A stretch of 64,000 bases of DNA. Origin: Octopus sinensis (lineage: Eukaryota). The stretch lies in assembly GCF_006345805.1 (NCBI RefSeq), contig NC_043006.1:38874001-38938000 (forward strand). The letters are read 5' to 3'. Each line of letters begins with the position of its first letter. Within the stretch, counting starts at the first letter, position 1. The notes under the pieces are model-generated. The model saw only the letters and a program-made list of their open reading frames with translations. It was not told the DNA's origin and did no database searches. The position numbers and the translations under genes were made by a program. Of the stretch, positions 1 to 11,351 are shown in pieces.

Positions 1-118
1 GCTAAAACCCTCATTAAACCACCAATAATAACACTGAAAATAACAACAGAAAAGAACAGTATTTGGGCAAACGGATCAAAAAATATCCGTCACATACCTC
101 TATAGTAGATTGCTATAT

Positions 119-386
119 TTTTCAGTTCTATATTTAAGAGATGAGGAATTATGTACATTATTTACATTTGACAGATATTTGTCCTGATCTTGTTTGTTGT
201 TAACAAAACATTTTGGCTGATATACCCTCCAGCCTTCATCAAATGTCTTGGGGAAATTTCGAACCTGGGTTCTTGTTCCAAAGGTATTTTTTTAATGTTA
301 TTATCATTATTATTATTTAGGTCATTGCCTAGAATCGAACTCGGAATCTTGGAGTTAGTAGCCTGCGCTCTTAATCACTATGCCAT
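119..386 (-). mobile_element. tRNA-headed, hammerhead-bearing repeat (family HH1), left arm of a head-to-head palindrome
   Basis: Minus strand reads A-box-like TGGCATAGTGA (385-375), B-box-like GAGTTCGATTCT (342-331), an (AAT)n linker, then a body with an HHR-like motif. It is homologous to 403-660 (+) and 22815-23020 (-). Confidence 0.75.
202..247 (-). ncRNA. Degenerate minimal type I hammerhead ribozyme motif (HH1)
   Basis: Minus: GACAT-TTGATGA-A-GGCTG-gagggtatat-CAGCC-AAAA-TG-TT-TTGTT. Helix II is perfect (5 bp), but the core has C3U and G12A changes. Confidence 0.5.
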
Positions 387-402
387 AATTGCACATAGGC
401 AC

Positions 403-660
403 ATGGCATACTGGTTAAGAGTGCAAGTTACTAACCCCAAGATTCCGAGTTCAATTCCAGGCAGTAACCTAAATAATAATAATAATGATAATAATAATAA
501 TGATAATAATAACAACAACAACATTGAAAAATACCTTAGGAATGAGATCCCAGGTCCAAAATTTCCCCAAAACCCCTGATGAAGGCTGCAGGATTTATCA
601 GTTGAAATGTTGTGATAGCAACAAACAAGATGAGGACAAATATCTGTCAAATGTAAAAAA
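403..660 (+). mobile_element. tRNA-headed, hammerhead-bearing repeat (HH1), right arm of the palindrome
   Basis: A box TGGCATACTGG (404-414), B box GAGTTCAATTCC (447-458), (AAT)n at 472-520, then body 525-660. It is the reverse complement of 119-386 with scattered substitutions. Confidence 0.75.
571..616 (+). ncRNA. Degenerate minimal type I hammerhead ribozyme motif (HH1)
   Basis: CTGATGA (576-582), A, GGCTG (584-588), 10-nt loop, CAGTT (599-603), GAAA (604-607), TG-TT, GTGAT. The core is intact; helix I is partly mismatched. Confidence 0.55.
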
Positions 661-978
661 TACTATATATTTCTTGGTATTAGTATACTTGTTTGCTAAA
701 TACTGTTGTTTTCTGTTGTTATTGGTGGTTTAATGGGGTTTTTTAATTCTTATGTCTATCAGGCAGGCACATTCATGTGAATTATATATATATATATATG
801 TAGAAAGATATATCAAAAGGAAGTGTTATAATACTATTCCACAGCCATTCCAACAATCCAACATACCTCCATCATCAGCTGCCCCATGGATATCATTATG
901 GTTTCAACACCTTATTTAAATAACGATCATTTCAAGTAGCCAACATGTAATATATGTAATTATGTACTATTTGTGTAT

Positions 979-1036
979 GTCCCACTGATGAGGCAAAGTA
1001 TATTTTTATACAGAGCCAGAAATACGGATCTGAGAT
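979..1036 (+). ncRNA. Type I hammerhead ribozyme-like motif (family HH2)
   Basis: Helix I GTCCCA (979-984)/TGAGAT (1031-1036); core CTGATGA (985-991); helix II GGC..GTATA-tttt-TATAC..GCC; one extra A; GAAA (1019-1022); near-palindromic helix III region ATACGGAT; AUC cleavage triplet (1028-1030). Confidence 0.55.
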
Positions 1037-1899
1037 TATCCAATAATTTTTTTGCTAGATTATTTGTCCATTTGTTTTTTCCCCTTCTGCTTTATGAATA
1101 AATGATGTGGTTTTAGAATCAAGTTTTGACTGCTATCTCTAGCATGGTGGTATCTCCTAGATATGCTTAATTATAATTTTAATATATCAGTTATTGAATA
1201 CAATTACAAAAGCGCTACTAATAGTTTCATGTTTTGAGATACATTAAATTGACAGATTTATATAAGATGCTGTGTGTCTCCAAGCAACCTTTCAGGATCA
1301 GTTCATAATGTTAGATGTATTTAAAAAGCCGGATACTGGTCGATGAGAAGACAGGATAAAAAAAAAGGGAAGAAAATAATGTGAAGAAGGCTGATGTAAA
1401 AATTGAAACAAGAGAAAGGAAAATAAAAGTTAGAGAATCAGGGTCTTTGTCCTCTTTGACTGTAGAAACCATAATTAATGTATTAGGTGTGAAGAATAAT
1501 GTAACAGAATGGAGGCCAAAGTCTGTAAAAATCCGAAGTGGGTGATGTCCTCCAGTTCAACAAAAGAAGCATCCTTTTAATGTCCACGTTTTCATGCTTG
1601 TCTGAGTCAGATAGAGCTTTATTGAGGTAGATTTTTCTATGGCCAGTTGACCCCACTACTGACACCAAACCATACCTGTCTCAAAGCAAGGTAGTATTTC
1701 TTCATATCCAAACATGCTTTTGCAGAATATTGGAAATAAATGTTAATTCCTTTGCAACAATCTTGCAATGCAAAGAAGACAAGCAGACACAAAAACATAC
1801 GTACACTCAGTTTCCATCTACCAAATCCACCTACAAGGCCTTGGTTGGCCCAAGGTGTCATGCAGTGGGATTGAATCTGAAACCATGTGACTGGAAAGC

Positions 1900-2110
1900 A
1901 AACTTGACTCTAAAACCACATTAAATGTTCATACAGCACCAGGAGAGAAGACAAAAGGACAAATTATCCAGTAATTTTTTTGCTAGTTTATTTTGTCTCT
2001 TTGTCTTCTCTCCTGGTGCTGTATGAATATTTAATGTGGTTTTAAAGTCAAGTTTTGACTCCTATTTCCAGCATGGTGGTATCTCTTAGATACCCTAAAT
2101 TATAATGTAA
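1900..2110. repeat. Fold-back (hairpin) copy of the HH2 downstream tail
   Basis: 1900-1965 is the reverse complement of about 1992-2056. 1963-2110 aligns by eye with 1035-1180. Confidence 0.7.
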
Positions 2111-2125
2111 ATATGTGTTTGCATG

Positions 2126-2275
2126 AGCGGTTGGTGATAGGAAGGGCATCCAGGTGTAAAAATCCTGCCAAAACAGTCACAGAAGTTTGGTGCAGGCTTT
2201 TGCCTGGTCACAGCTTTTGTGAAACCATCCCATCCATGCTAGCATGGAAGGCAGGCATTAAACAATGACGATGAT
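2126..2275 (+). mobile_element. RTE-type LINE/SINE 3' tail fragment
   Basis: GGTTGGTGATAGGAAGGGCATCCAG...CCATGCTAGCATGGAA...CATTAAAC followed by (GAT)n. The same motif recurs at about 8930, 15030, 20195, 21990, 42915 and 55735. Confidence 0.6.
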
Positions 2276-2295
2276 GATGAAGATGATATATATAT

Positions 2296-2331
<36 letters not shown>

Positions 2332-2859
2332 AGACAGACAGATAGACAGAGACAGAAAGATAGATTAGTACAAACCCTCTTTCCCATTTTCCCTCTGTCT
2401 CTGTCTCTCTCTCTCTCATTGTCTCCTTTCACCTTGCCCACGCATCTGTCTTTTTACCACTCTCCTTCAATCTTCTAATTGGATTATATTACAAAGCTTC
2501 ACACACAAAAGCCAGTATATAGTAGCCTTTCAGGCTATAAATATCAATTACAACTGCTTACATTAGCACTTTAAATTTACATGCCCCCATGATAGTTGCA
2601 TAGGTAAATAATTTCATGCACTTCTGCTGGTGAAAGCAAGTTGCTAGCATAAAATACGCAGAGAAACACTTGTAAAAGTGTGCATCCATCTTTAGCATCA
2701 AGCTTCCCTTTATATATCCTCCATACACAGTGATTTAGAGTCCGAAACAAACTATATAATGCATTCTTGTACTTGCATGCAAATAAATCTTTGCCCATAT
2801 ATACATACATACATACACACACATACATATAGATACACACACACATATACATACACATG

Positions 2860-2901
<42 letters not shown>

Positions 2902-3096
2902 CATACATATGTATATATATATATATATATACACATGCATATATACACATATTCATACATATATACATATACACACACACATACATATAAATATATATAT
3001 ATATACACACACACATATACATACACACATATATATATACATGCACACAGATACATACATATATATATGTATATGTATACATATATACATAAATAC

Positions 3097-3132
<36 letters not shown>

Positions 3133-3469
3133 TTTTGTACATATAAATGAATGACCAGCGCCTACTATGTCATGAATATTTTCAGAAATATTAATGTCAA
3201 CAAGGAACAATCTAGAAATAAAATAATAAATATAAATAAATAAATTGATAAATAGATAAAGGAAGGAAGGAAGGATGGCAATGGAGAGTGGAATAAGAAG
3301 AAAAAATATGGAAAGAAAGAAAGAAAAAGAAAGAAAGGAAAGACAGAAAGATGTGGAATTGCAACGATGATTGGAATATTGGAAAGATAAGGCTTGCTGA
3401 CAAATGATTGAAGTCATAAATATTCACAAGATTGGGAAGAAAATAGATAGAAGTCAATTTATCATGTCC

Positions 3470-3990
3470 ATCATCTTTATCGTCCCCATCATCACTGCCA
3501 CCACCACCTCTTTGTTATTATTAATATCATCACTGCCATTGTCACCAACACCACCTTCCACCATCGTGACCACCATCAATACCACCACCACCACCACCAC
3601 CACCAGCACCACCCTCATCCACCATCATACCATCCCACCGTCACCCTCCTCCTCATCTTTACTATTAGCAATATCATCACTGCCATTGTGGCCACCACAA
3701 CTTCACCACCATACCACCATTATCATCGTCATCATCATTATCATCATCATCACACATCATCGTTTTTATTACCACCATCATCAACTTCACCCCCCCCCAC
3801 CACCATTACACTCCACCATCTCATCACTATTATTAATACAGCTACCACTATCACCACCACCACCATCACCACCACCACCACCATTGTCACCACCACCACC
3901 ACCACCACCACCATCACCACCATCATCATCATCACCACCATCACCCACCTCCACTTCCACCACCACCAACATCAACACCATCATCAAAGT
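3470..3990. repeat. (CAC/CAT)n degenerate trinucleotide tract
   Basis: Visible low-complexity tract; it explains the Thr/His/Pro-rich ORFs. Confidence 0.9.
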
Positions 3991-4714
3991 TGGTCGCTAT
4001 TAATGTTTCTATATACAATTTACTCAGCCTGTCAGCATGAGCTAATCAGGTCCATTCAGCTGCGAATAAGCTTTTCCTTTGCCGCCTCATGCAGTGCATT
4101 GACGCCATTCAAACCAATGCAGATAATGCTGCAGGCTAATCTATAAGCTTTCAGATTAAAGTTGACCATCTTGGATTATCTAATCCAACGGAGAAGATTC
4201 TAGAATTTTCTAGGTTACTCATGGTCTGGATCATTTCCGCTTCACTTCATCTCTTACTGTCTTTTTCTTGTTTCAGTCAATTGACTGTGGCCATACTGGA
4301 GTACTGCATTCATGAATTTTTATTTGAATGAATCGACCTCCAATACCTATTATTTATTTATTTACGTTTTTTAAGTCTGGAAATAATTCTGTTGGTATCT
4401 TTTGCTGAACTGCAAAGTTACAGGGATGTAAACACACCAACACCGGTTGTCAGGTGGCTGTGGGGGACACAAGAAACACACGTGTATGTATGTATGTATG
4501 TATGACGAGCTTCTTTCAGCTTCCATCTACCAAATCCACTCACAAGGTTTTTGTCAGCCTGAAGTTATTGTAGAAAACACTTGTTCAGAGTGCCACCTGA
4601 TGGGACTGAACCCAGAACCTTGTGGTTGGGAAATGAACTTCTTAACACACAACCAGGCCTGTACCAATACAAAAATTTCTAGAATGATATTGTACCCCTT
4701 CTCTGAAACATATC

Positions 4715-5120
4715 AACCCTTTCATTATTCTATTTATTTTGAGATGCTCTATTTCCTTCAATTAATTTTAAATATAACAAAGAATTTAGTAAAATAACGT
4801 AGTTATCATTCAGCTAGTGTTAGGAACATAAATTGTGACTAAGGTTTGGTGGAAGATTTTTAATCAAAACTTTTGAAAACAAGACATTTGTATTCAGAGC
4901 CAGAGATGATTTCAGCTGGGTTGTTATCAAAAGGGTTAAGAATTGTTTCTCTATTATATATTTTAACACTTTTGTTACCATATTTCTGTTGAGCAGTTCT
5001 GTGTTTCTTTCAATTAATTTTAAATATAACAAAGAATTTAGTAAAATAACTTAGTTATCATTCAGCTAGTGTACTTAGAGCCAGAAGTGGTTTCAGCCAG
5101 GTTGGAAATAAAAAGGTTTA
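4715..5120 (+). mobile_element. TTAA-type (piggyBac-like) MITE, two tandem units
   Basis: Units end ...CAAAAGGGTTAA (about 4929-4939) and restart TTAACACTTTTGTTACC (about 4963). The internal TTCAATTAATTTTAAATATAACAAAGAATTTAGTAAAATAAC is repeated; homologues are at about 21630-21770 and 41890-42415. Confidence 0.6.
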
Positions 5121-5532
5121 GTTAATCTGGATAAATATAAATTGGGGTCAGGCTAAACTAGATCAGTTCAAGTTTCTTTTTATATCAAACAAACCACAAA
5201 CAATGAAATAAGCTGCATATGGTTGCTCTGTTTGCTAGAAATAGTAACCAATTTCCATCAAATTATATTACATTATATGTTGAATAATATGGTCCTAAAT
5301 TCACTTGTGGTTAAAAAAATCTTGCTTGGTAACCACATGGATTTTGGTTCAGTTCTACTTCATGGCACCTTGGATAAGTGACTTCTATTATAGCCTTTGT
5401 GAAGGAAACTGTGAGGAAGCTCATCATATACATACATATACATACACACACACACACACATATAGATAGCTAGATATACATATATACATTGTTTTTGTAT
5501 TTGGTTTGCATGTGAATTTGTGTGTTGAAGCA

Positions 5533-5762
5533 TATTTTATTGTCTGAGGATAGTCATTCTTCTCTTAGTAACTAATTACTTAACACACACACAGGTTCGA
5601 TTTCCATTCATTTACTTATTTATTTTTTCTAAAATTTTCGATGTATCTTGCAACTTTTTCAATAATTGTTGACAAATGCACAAACGAACTTCTGTGTGTG
5701 TGTGTGCGTGTTAAGTAATAAGGCACTAAAAGGGAATGACCCTCCCCAGACACAATAAAATA
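5533..5762. mobile_element. Palindromic MITE-like element
   Basis: TATTTTATTGTCTGAGGATAGTCATTC...TTACTTAACACACACACAG at left is mirrored by CTGTGTGTG..GTGTTAAGTAA...GAATGACCCTCCCCAGACACAATAAAATA at right. Confidence 0.6.
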
Positions 5763-6365
5763 TACATTTATATATAAATACACACACACACACATATTCT
5801 TGCATACTTATATGTATGTGTGTTTGTGTTCATCCCCACCACTGCTTGACAACTGCTGTTGGTTTGTTTACATTCTCATAACTTTGTGTTGAACTAAAAG
5901 CGATCAATAGAATAAGTTACAAGCTTCAAAACAACAAAAAAGAACGGTTCAACAATCAATAATTCTTTGAGCAAAACCCTTCAGAGTAGTGCCCCAGTGT
6001 AGCCACAGACCAACGACTGTTACAAATAAAAAAATAAAAAATACTAAACAATAAACAAGTAATTTTCATTAGTTTCTGCCAAAACTTGGTAAATCTAATT
6101 AAATGTAATTTATTTCTGCATAATTAACTCGATTTGGTATTGGATTTCTGGTTTTCAAAATCATTATCATCTGTTATGAAGAATACAATGTTATACCCTT
6201 GGGAGATAATGAACTAAAACAAATAATGGGTTTTGTCTTGTTTTTATTTATGAATTTATTCCTTTCTTTGGTGATAAGTTCAGTTCCCACCCAAAGATAA
6301 ATTAGCGTTCCTAATGTGACAAAAAATATTACCATAGGCTCTTTTCTTTTTTTTAGATAGTTACT

Positions 6366-6783
6366 CTCTCTTTTACTCTGTTACTTGTTTCAGTCATTTG
6401 ACTGTGGCCATGCTAGAGCACCACCTTTAGTCGAGCAAATCGATCCCAGAACTTATTCTTTGTCAGCCTAGTATTTATTCTATTGGTCTCTTTTGCCAAA
6501 CTACTAAGTTACGGGGACATAAACCACACCAGCATCAGTTGTCAAGTGATGTTGGAGGGACAAACACAGATACACAAACATATACACACACAGATATATA
6601 TGTATATATACATATATACGATGGGCTTCTTTCAGTTTCTGTCTACCAAACCCACTCACAAGTCTTTGGGTGGCCAGAGACTATAGTAGAAGACACTTGC
6701 CCAAGGTGCCATGCAGCGGGACTGAACCCAGAACCATGTGGTTGGTAAGCAAGCTACTTACCACACAGCCACTCCTACACCTA
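6366..6783 (-). mobile_element. tRNA-derived SINE family A (octopus-type), full length
   Basis: Minus reads head GGTGTAGGAGTGGCTGTGTGGTAAGTAGCTTGC..GGGTTCAGTCCC, an internal TA/TG microsatellite, and tail ..CAGTCAAATGACTGAAACAAGTAACAGAGTAAAAGAG. More than 25 homologous pieces occur in the window. Confidence 0.85.
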
Positions 6784-6934
6784 TTATCATAGCTTCCTTT
6801 TTTTTCTTTTTAGATAGTTACTCTGTAATTTTAACCACTCAAAATGTATATCTATCTGAAGGAGGAGCTGCTAATTAATAGTTACAGTAAAACAGTATAT
6901 TTATTCTAAAAAGCCATACATCATCTTCACCATC

Positions 6935-7385
6935 ATCATCTGCTTATGAGCTGGACAGTTTGACTGAGGACTGGCAAAGCCGGAAGGTTGCACCAGGCTC
7001 CAATCTATTCTGGCAATGTTTCTGCAGCTGGATGCTCTTCCTAATGCCAACCACTCTGAGAGCATAGTGGATGCTTTTTTTACATGTCACTGGCACAGGG
7101 GCCAGTCTGGTGGCACTGGTATAGACCATGCTCAAATGGTACTTTTTATATTCCATCAGCACAGGAGTAACTCAGGCGGCTCTAGCATCGACCATGCTCA
7201 AATGGTACCCTTTATGTGCCACCGGCACTAGCATCAGCCATGCTCGAATGGTACCTTTTACGTTCCACCATCACAGGAGCCACTCAGGTGGCACTGGCAT
7301 CAACCATACTCGAGTGGTGCATTTTACGTGCCACCTGCATGGGTGCCAGTCAAGGAACACAGGCATCAACCACAACAATGATTTC
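6935..7385 (-). mobile_element. RTE-tail element with an internal ~60-66 bp tandem repeat
   Basis: GCTGGATGCTCTTCCTAATGCCAACC, plus four to five degenerate units containing GCATC(G/A)ACCATGCTC(A/G)AATGGTAC. Confidence 0.6.
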
Positions 7386-7939
7386 ACTTTACTCAACAGG
7401 CCTTCTCAAGCGTGACACATTGCCCAACAATTTAAGGGTACTTCTATGCAGTTCGGAAGCATATAAGACACTAGTTTCATATTTAGGCACAAGGGTAGCA
7501 AATTTGAGGAAGGAGTCAAGTCGATTACAATGACCCCAGTGTGCAACTGGCACTTATTTTACTGCACCCCGAATGGATGAAAGGCAAAGTTAGCCCCAGT
7601 GGAATTTGATCTCAGAATGTAAAATCAGAAGAAATGTCACTTAGCATTTTGTCTGGTGCAGTAACGATTCTGCAGGCTAGCTGCCATAGAAGCAAATAAA
7701 ATATTGAAGTAAAATAACAAGCAATGAAGATGGAGAGCTTCTAATGATGGTAAAAGGGGAAGTTAAGTAATCTTTATGTATTTCAGGCTCAAAGGCCCTT
7801 CCTAAGAAGTGAACGGCTCAAAGAAATGTGAGTTTATGTAGATTCTTCCATGCTGACTGCTGAATGGGTAATATATAAAGTTTACATAACTTCCCCTTTT
7901 CACATCGTTAGAAGCTCTCTGTCTTCAATATTTGATATA

Positions 7940-8075
7940 AAATATTGTTGTCAAAATATTGTCGTCAAAATATTGTCATTAAAATGTTCTCATCAAAATA
8001 CTGTCATCAAAATGTCAAAATATTGTCATCAAAATGTCAAAATACTGTTATCAAAATATTGACGTCAAAATGTTG
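7940..8075. repeat. ~14 bp minisatellite (AAAATATTGTCATC)n
   Basis: About nine degenerate units are visible. Confidence 0.8.
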
Positions 8076-9168
8076 ATAAAGGTTCCTCTTTTCAACACAG
8101 AATGAAGGTGGATGGCTTAATGGTTAGGGGATTCAGCTCATGATCGTAAAGTCATAAGTTCAATTCCTGGTGGTGCATTGTAGTCTTAATACTTTACATC
8201 ACACTGTTCCAGTTCATTCAACTGGCAAAAATGAGTTCTACTTGTAATTCAAAGGGTCAGTCTTGTCACATCCTGTGTTAATGCTGAATCTCCCTGAAAA
8301 CAACATAAAGAATACACATGTCTATGGAGTGCTCAGCCATTTTCCTGTCAATATCACGAGCAGGCTGTTCAGTTGATCAGATCAACTGAAACTTTTTTGT
8401 CATCATATCTGACAGAGACCCAGGGTTTCTATTAGAACATAAACGTAGAAGCTAATTTCTAGTCATTATCTATCAGATACCAAATGCTAAAATATCTAAA
8501 ATCTTTTGTCAATTAATTTCCATTGACCTGTGCCATTCTCTGCCCATTATTCAAAAGATGGTCATAGGGGCTGAGGGTTTGGACCCTCAGGCACCTTCTC
8601 CATAGGGTCCTATGAAAAGCAGCCATCATTACACTTTCCTGCTGGATTCCTAAAAGGACCAACAGAGACTATGGATATTGTCCAACTATCTCATTTTTGG
8701 TCTACCCCCAGGTCTCAAGCCAGTTCGTTTGGCTCAAAGAATCCATGTAGTGATTCTTCCCTGCAACATTGTAATCACATATTTATAGTACCAGAGCTGT
8801 AGTACCTCAGAAGTAGCAGCTTAAACAGAAGAGACTCCCTGATCATTGAGCTTTGCACCCTGTTGGATCAGGCTAGGGTTTTTATTATAATGTAATTCTT
8901 GTCATTTAAGGTGAAGTGAACGACCTATAAAAAGCACCTACTACACTTTTGGAGTGGTTGGTGTTAGGAAGGGCATCCAGCTTCCCAAATCAGACTGGAG
9001 CCTGGTGTAGCCTCACGGCTCACCAATCCTCAGTCAATCCATCCGACCCATGCCAGCATGGAAAGCGGACGTTAAATGACGATAAAGTAGGATAACAGAG
9101 ACTTCTCCTACATAGTTGTGAGATGCATGTCTGATTATTTTAGCTGATAAAACTTGTCATTCTGAACT

Positions 9169-9558
9169 TTACTCTTTACTTGTTTCAGTCATTTGACCAT
9201 GGCCATGCTGGAGCACCGCCTTTAATCGAGCAAATTGACTCCAGGACTTATTCTTTGTAAGCCTAGTACTATTCTCTCGGTCTCTTTTGCTGAACCCTTA
9301 AGTTATGGGGATGTAAACACACCAGCATCAGTTGTCAAGCGATGGTGGGAAGACAAACACAGACACACAAACATATACACACACACATACATACTTTCAG
9401 TTTCCATCTACCAAATCCACTCACAAGGCTTTGTTTAGCTTTGTTCAGCTTGAGGCTATAGTAGGAGACACTTGCCCAAGGTGCCATGCAGTGGGACTGA
9501 ACCCAGAACATGTGGTTTGTAAGCAAGTTACTTACCACACAGCCACTCCTACGCCTAT
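9169..9558 (-). mobile_element. SINE family A, full length
   Basis: Same head, body and tail as 6366-6783. Confidence 0.85.
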
Positions 9559-9807
9559 AATTACTTAAAAATGGGTCATTCACTTCACCTTACATGAAAA
9601 GTATTATATTATGATATTATGTTACAGAAGCGCAGGCGTAGTTATGTGGTTAGGAAGCTTGCTTCCCAGCCGTGTAGTTTCAGGTTCAGTTCCACTGCAT
9701 GGCGTTCTCTCCTATAGACCTGGATTATTGTCTGTGAGTGTGTGTGTGTCTGTGTTGCCTTATCTTGATAATACAAGTGATGTTCTTCATTTCCGGTCCT
9801 ACATGAA

Positions 9808-9872
<65 letters not shown>

Positions 9873-10765
9873 TACTACCTTGCTTGGAAACAGGTGAGGA
9901 GTGGTGAAAGGAAAGGCATCAGACTAAAGAAAAACCTGCCTCAATAAATTCTGGCTGAATCATTCAAGCAGGGAAAAGTTGACCTTAAATGGTGATGAGG
10001 ATATGATGATATATATGTGTGTGTGTGTGTGCGTGTATGTATGTGTGTGTGTGTGTGTTTATATGTGTATATATATGTATATATGTGTGTGTGTGTATTT
10101 ATATAGCTAGATAGATATTAGATATATAGAGATAGATACTATATATATATTATATAGTATCTATCTATATATCTATGTATATCTGTATATCTATCTATAT
10201 ATTTATCTATATTGTAGTTATCTATCTATATACAGCAGCTATCTATCTATCTATCTCTCTCTATATATATACACACATATATACACATATAAACGCACAT
10301 GCTCACATGCACACACACACATATATATACATACATATACACATGCATTTGATATAATATATATAAGTTCACTTATAACTTGCAAGATGTTTCATTTTGG
10401 AAACGGAATAGGTTCATCTGGATCATCAGAGTTTCAGATATGACAAAGCGATAAGATTTGCTGTTCACTAATGGGGTTAAAAGGGCCAAGTATGTTTGAT
10501 TGCATTCGTGTATTTCTAGGAACATTAAGGAAGGAAAAAGGGAAGAGATTAGATTAAGTAGGGTAAGGTAGAATGAGTCACCAAGCTTGAAGTTTATGTA
10601 CACAGGAAATGAGATACATAATAAATGAATTGAAAAAAATAAACACAGGTAAACAACTGATCAGGTATGAATTGGTATCTTTGTTTATAGATAAAAATCA
10701 AAGTAGTTGAAAAAAACAAGCAGATTCATTTAGTCATTAATATATAATTAGTATAGTTTGCACTG

Positions 10766-11037
10766 GTGGAGGCACATGGTTTAGTGGTTAGGATGTCAGC
10801 ATCATGATTGTAAGATTGTGGTTTCGATTCCTGGACCGGGCAACGCGTTGTGTTCTTGAGCAAAACACTTCATTTCACGTTGTTCCAGTCCATTCAGCTG
10901 GCAAAAATGAGTAAAGCTGCAATGGACTAGCATCCCATCCAGCTGGGGAACACATGAACACATACACCATAGAAACTGGGAAATCGGGCCCATGAGCCTG
11001 GCTAGGCTTTAAAAGGGTGTATTTATTATTTTATTAT
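10766..11037 (+). mobile_element. tRNA-derived SINE family C (V-domain-like) with 14 bp target-site duplication
   Basis: Head GGAGGCACATGGTTTAGTGGTTAGG..GGTTTCGATTCC; body GTGTTCTTGAGCAAAACACTT..CCAGTCCATTCAGCTG. Flanked by TATAGTTTGCACTG at 10752-10765 and 11038-11051. Relatives are at about 8105-8420, 19660-19958, 23430-23772 and 61866-62095. Confidence 0.8.
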
Positions 11038-11044
11038 TATAGTT

Positions 11045-11351
11045 TGCACTGAGTGTACATAAACAAGCAATAGATAAACTGTAAAACTAGAAATAAAGTG
11101 TACCATATGAAGTATATGGAAAATACTATAAGGATGATGCCACAATATATATAGGAGAACTGGCTCATAGTTTAAGTGCAAGAATTGCCGATCACTATTG
11201 AGAAAACAAGGAAATGAAGCAAGTATTCATACTCTATCGATATGTTATACAGAAACACAATGAATCAATAAAAAGTATAGAAAGAAGTATTTTTTCCAGA
11301 CACCCAAAAGAACCAACGTTAAGACAGATTATAAGGGCTGTACAAAGATAA
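11045..11351 (+). pseudogene. Penelope-like retroelement GIY-YIG endonuclease remnant
   Basis: Across frameshifts and a stop it reads CTEC ... NCKTRNKVYHMK (11077-) ... DDATIYIGELAHSLSARIADHY* ... HPKEPTLRQI. This fits the PLE pattern CxxC..C.T.N.VY.I.C..C..YIGET.R.L..R..EH. Confidence 0.7.

Noticed and set aside
403-470. tRNA-like sequences here and at the SINE heads
   Set aside because: They have A/B boxes but no complete cloverleaf with an acceptor stem, and they continue into repeat bodies, so they are not tRNA genes.
4040-4140. Minus-frame peptide GLNGVNALHEAAKE resembling an ankyrin motif
   Set aside because: An in-frame stop follows within a few codons and there is no splice donor.
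7100-7385. Regular repeat units that might suggest a CRISPR-like array
   Set aside because: They are degenerate tandem units inside a eukaryotic retroelement, with no unique spacers and no cas genes.
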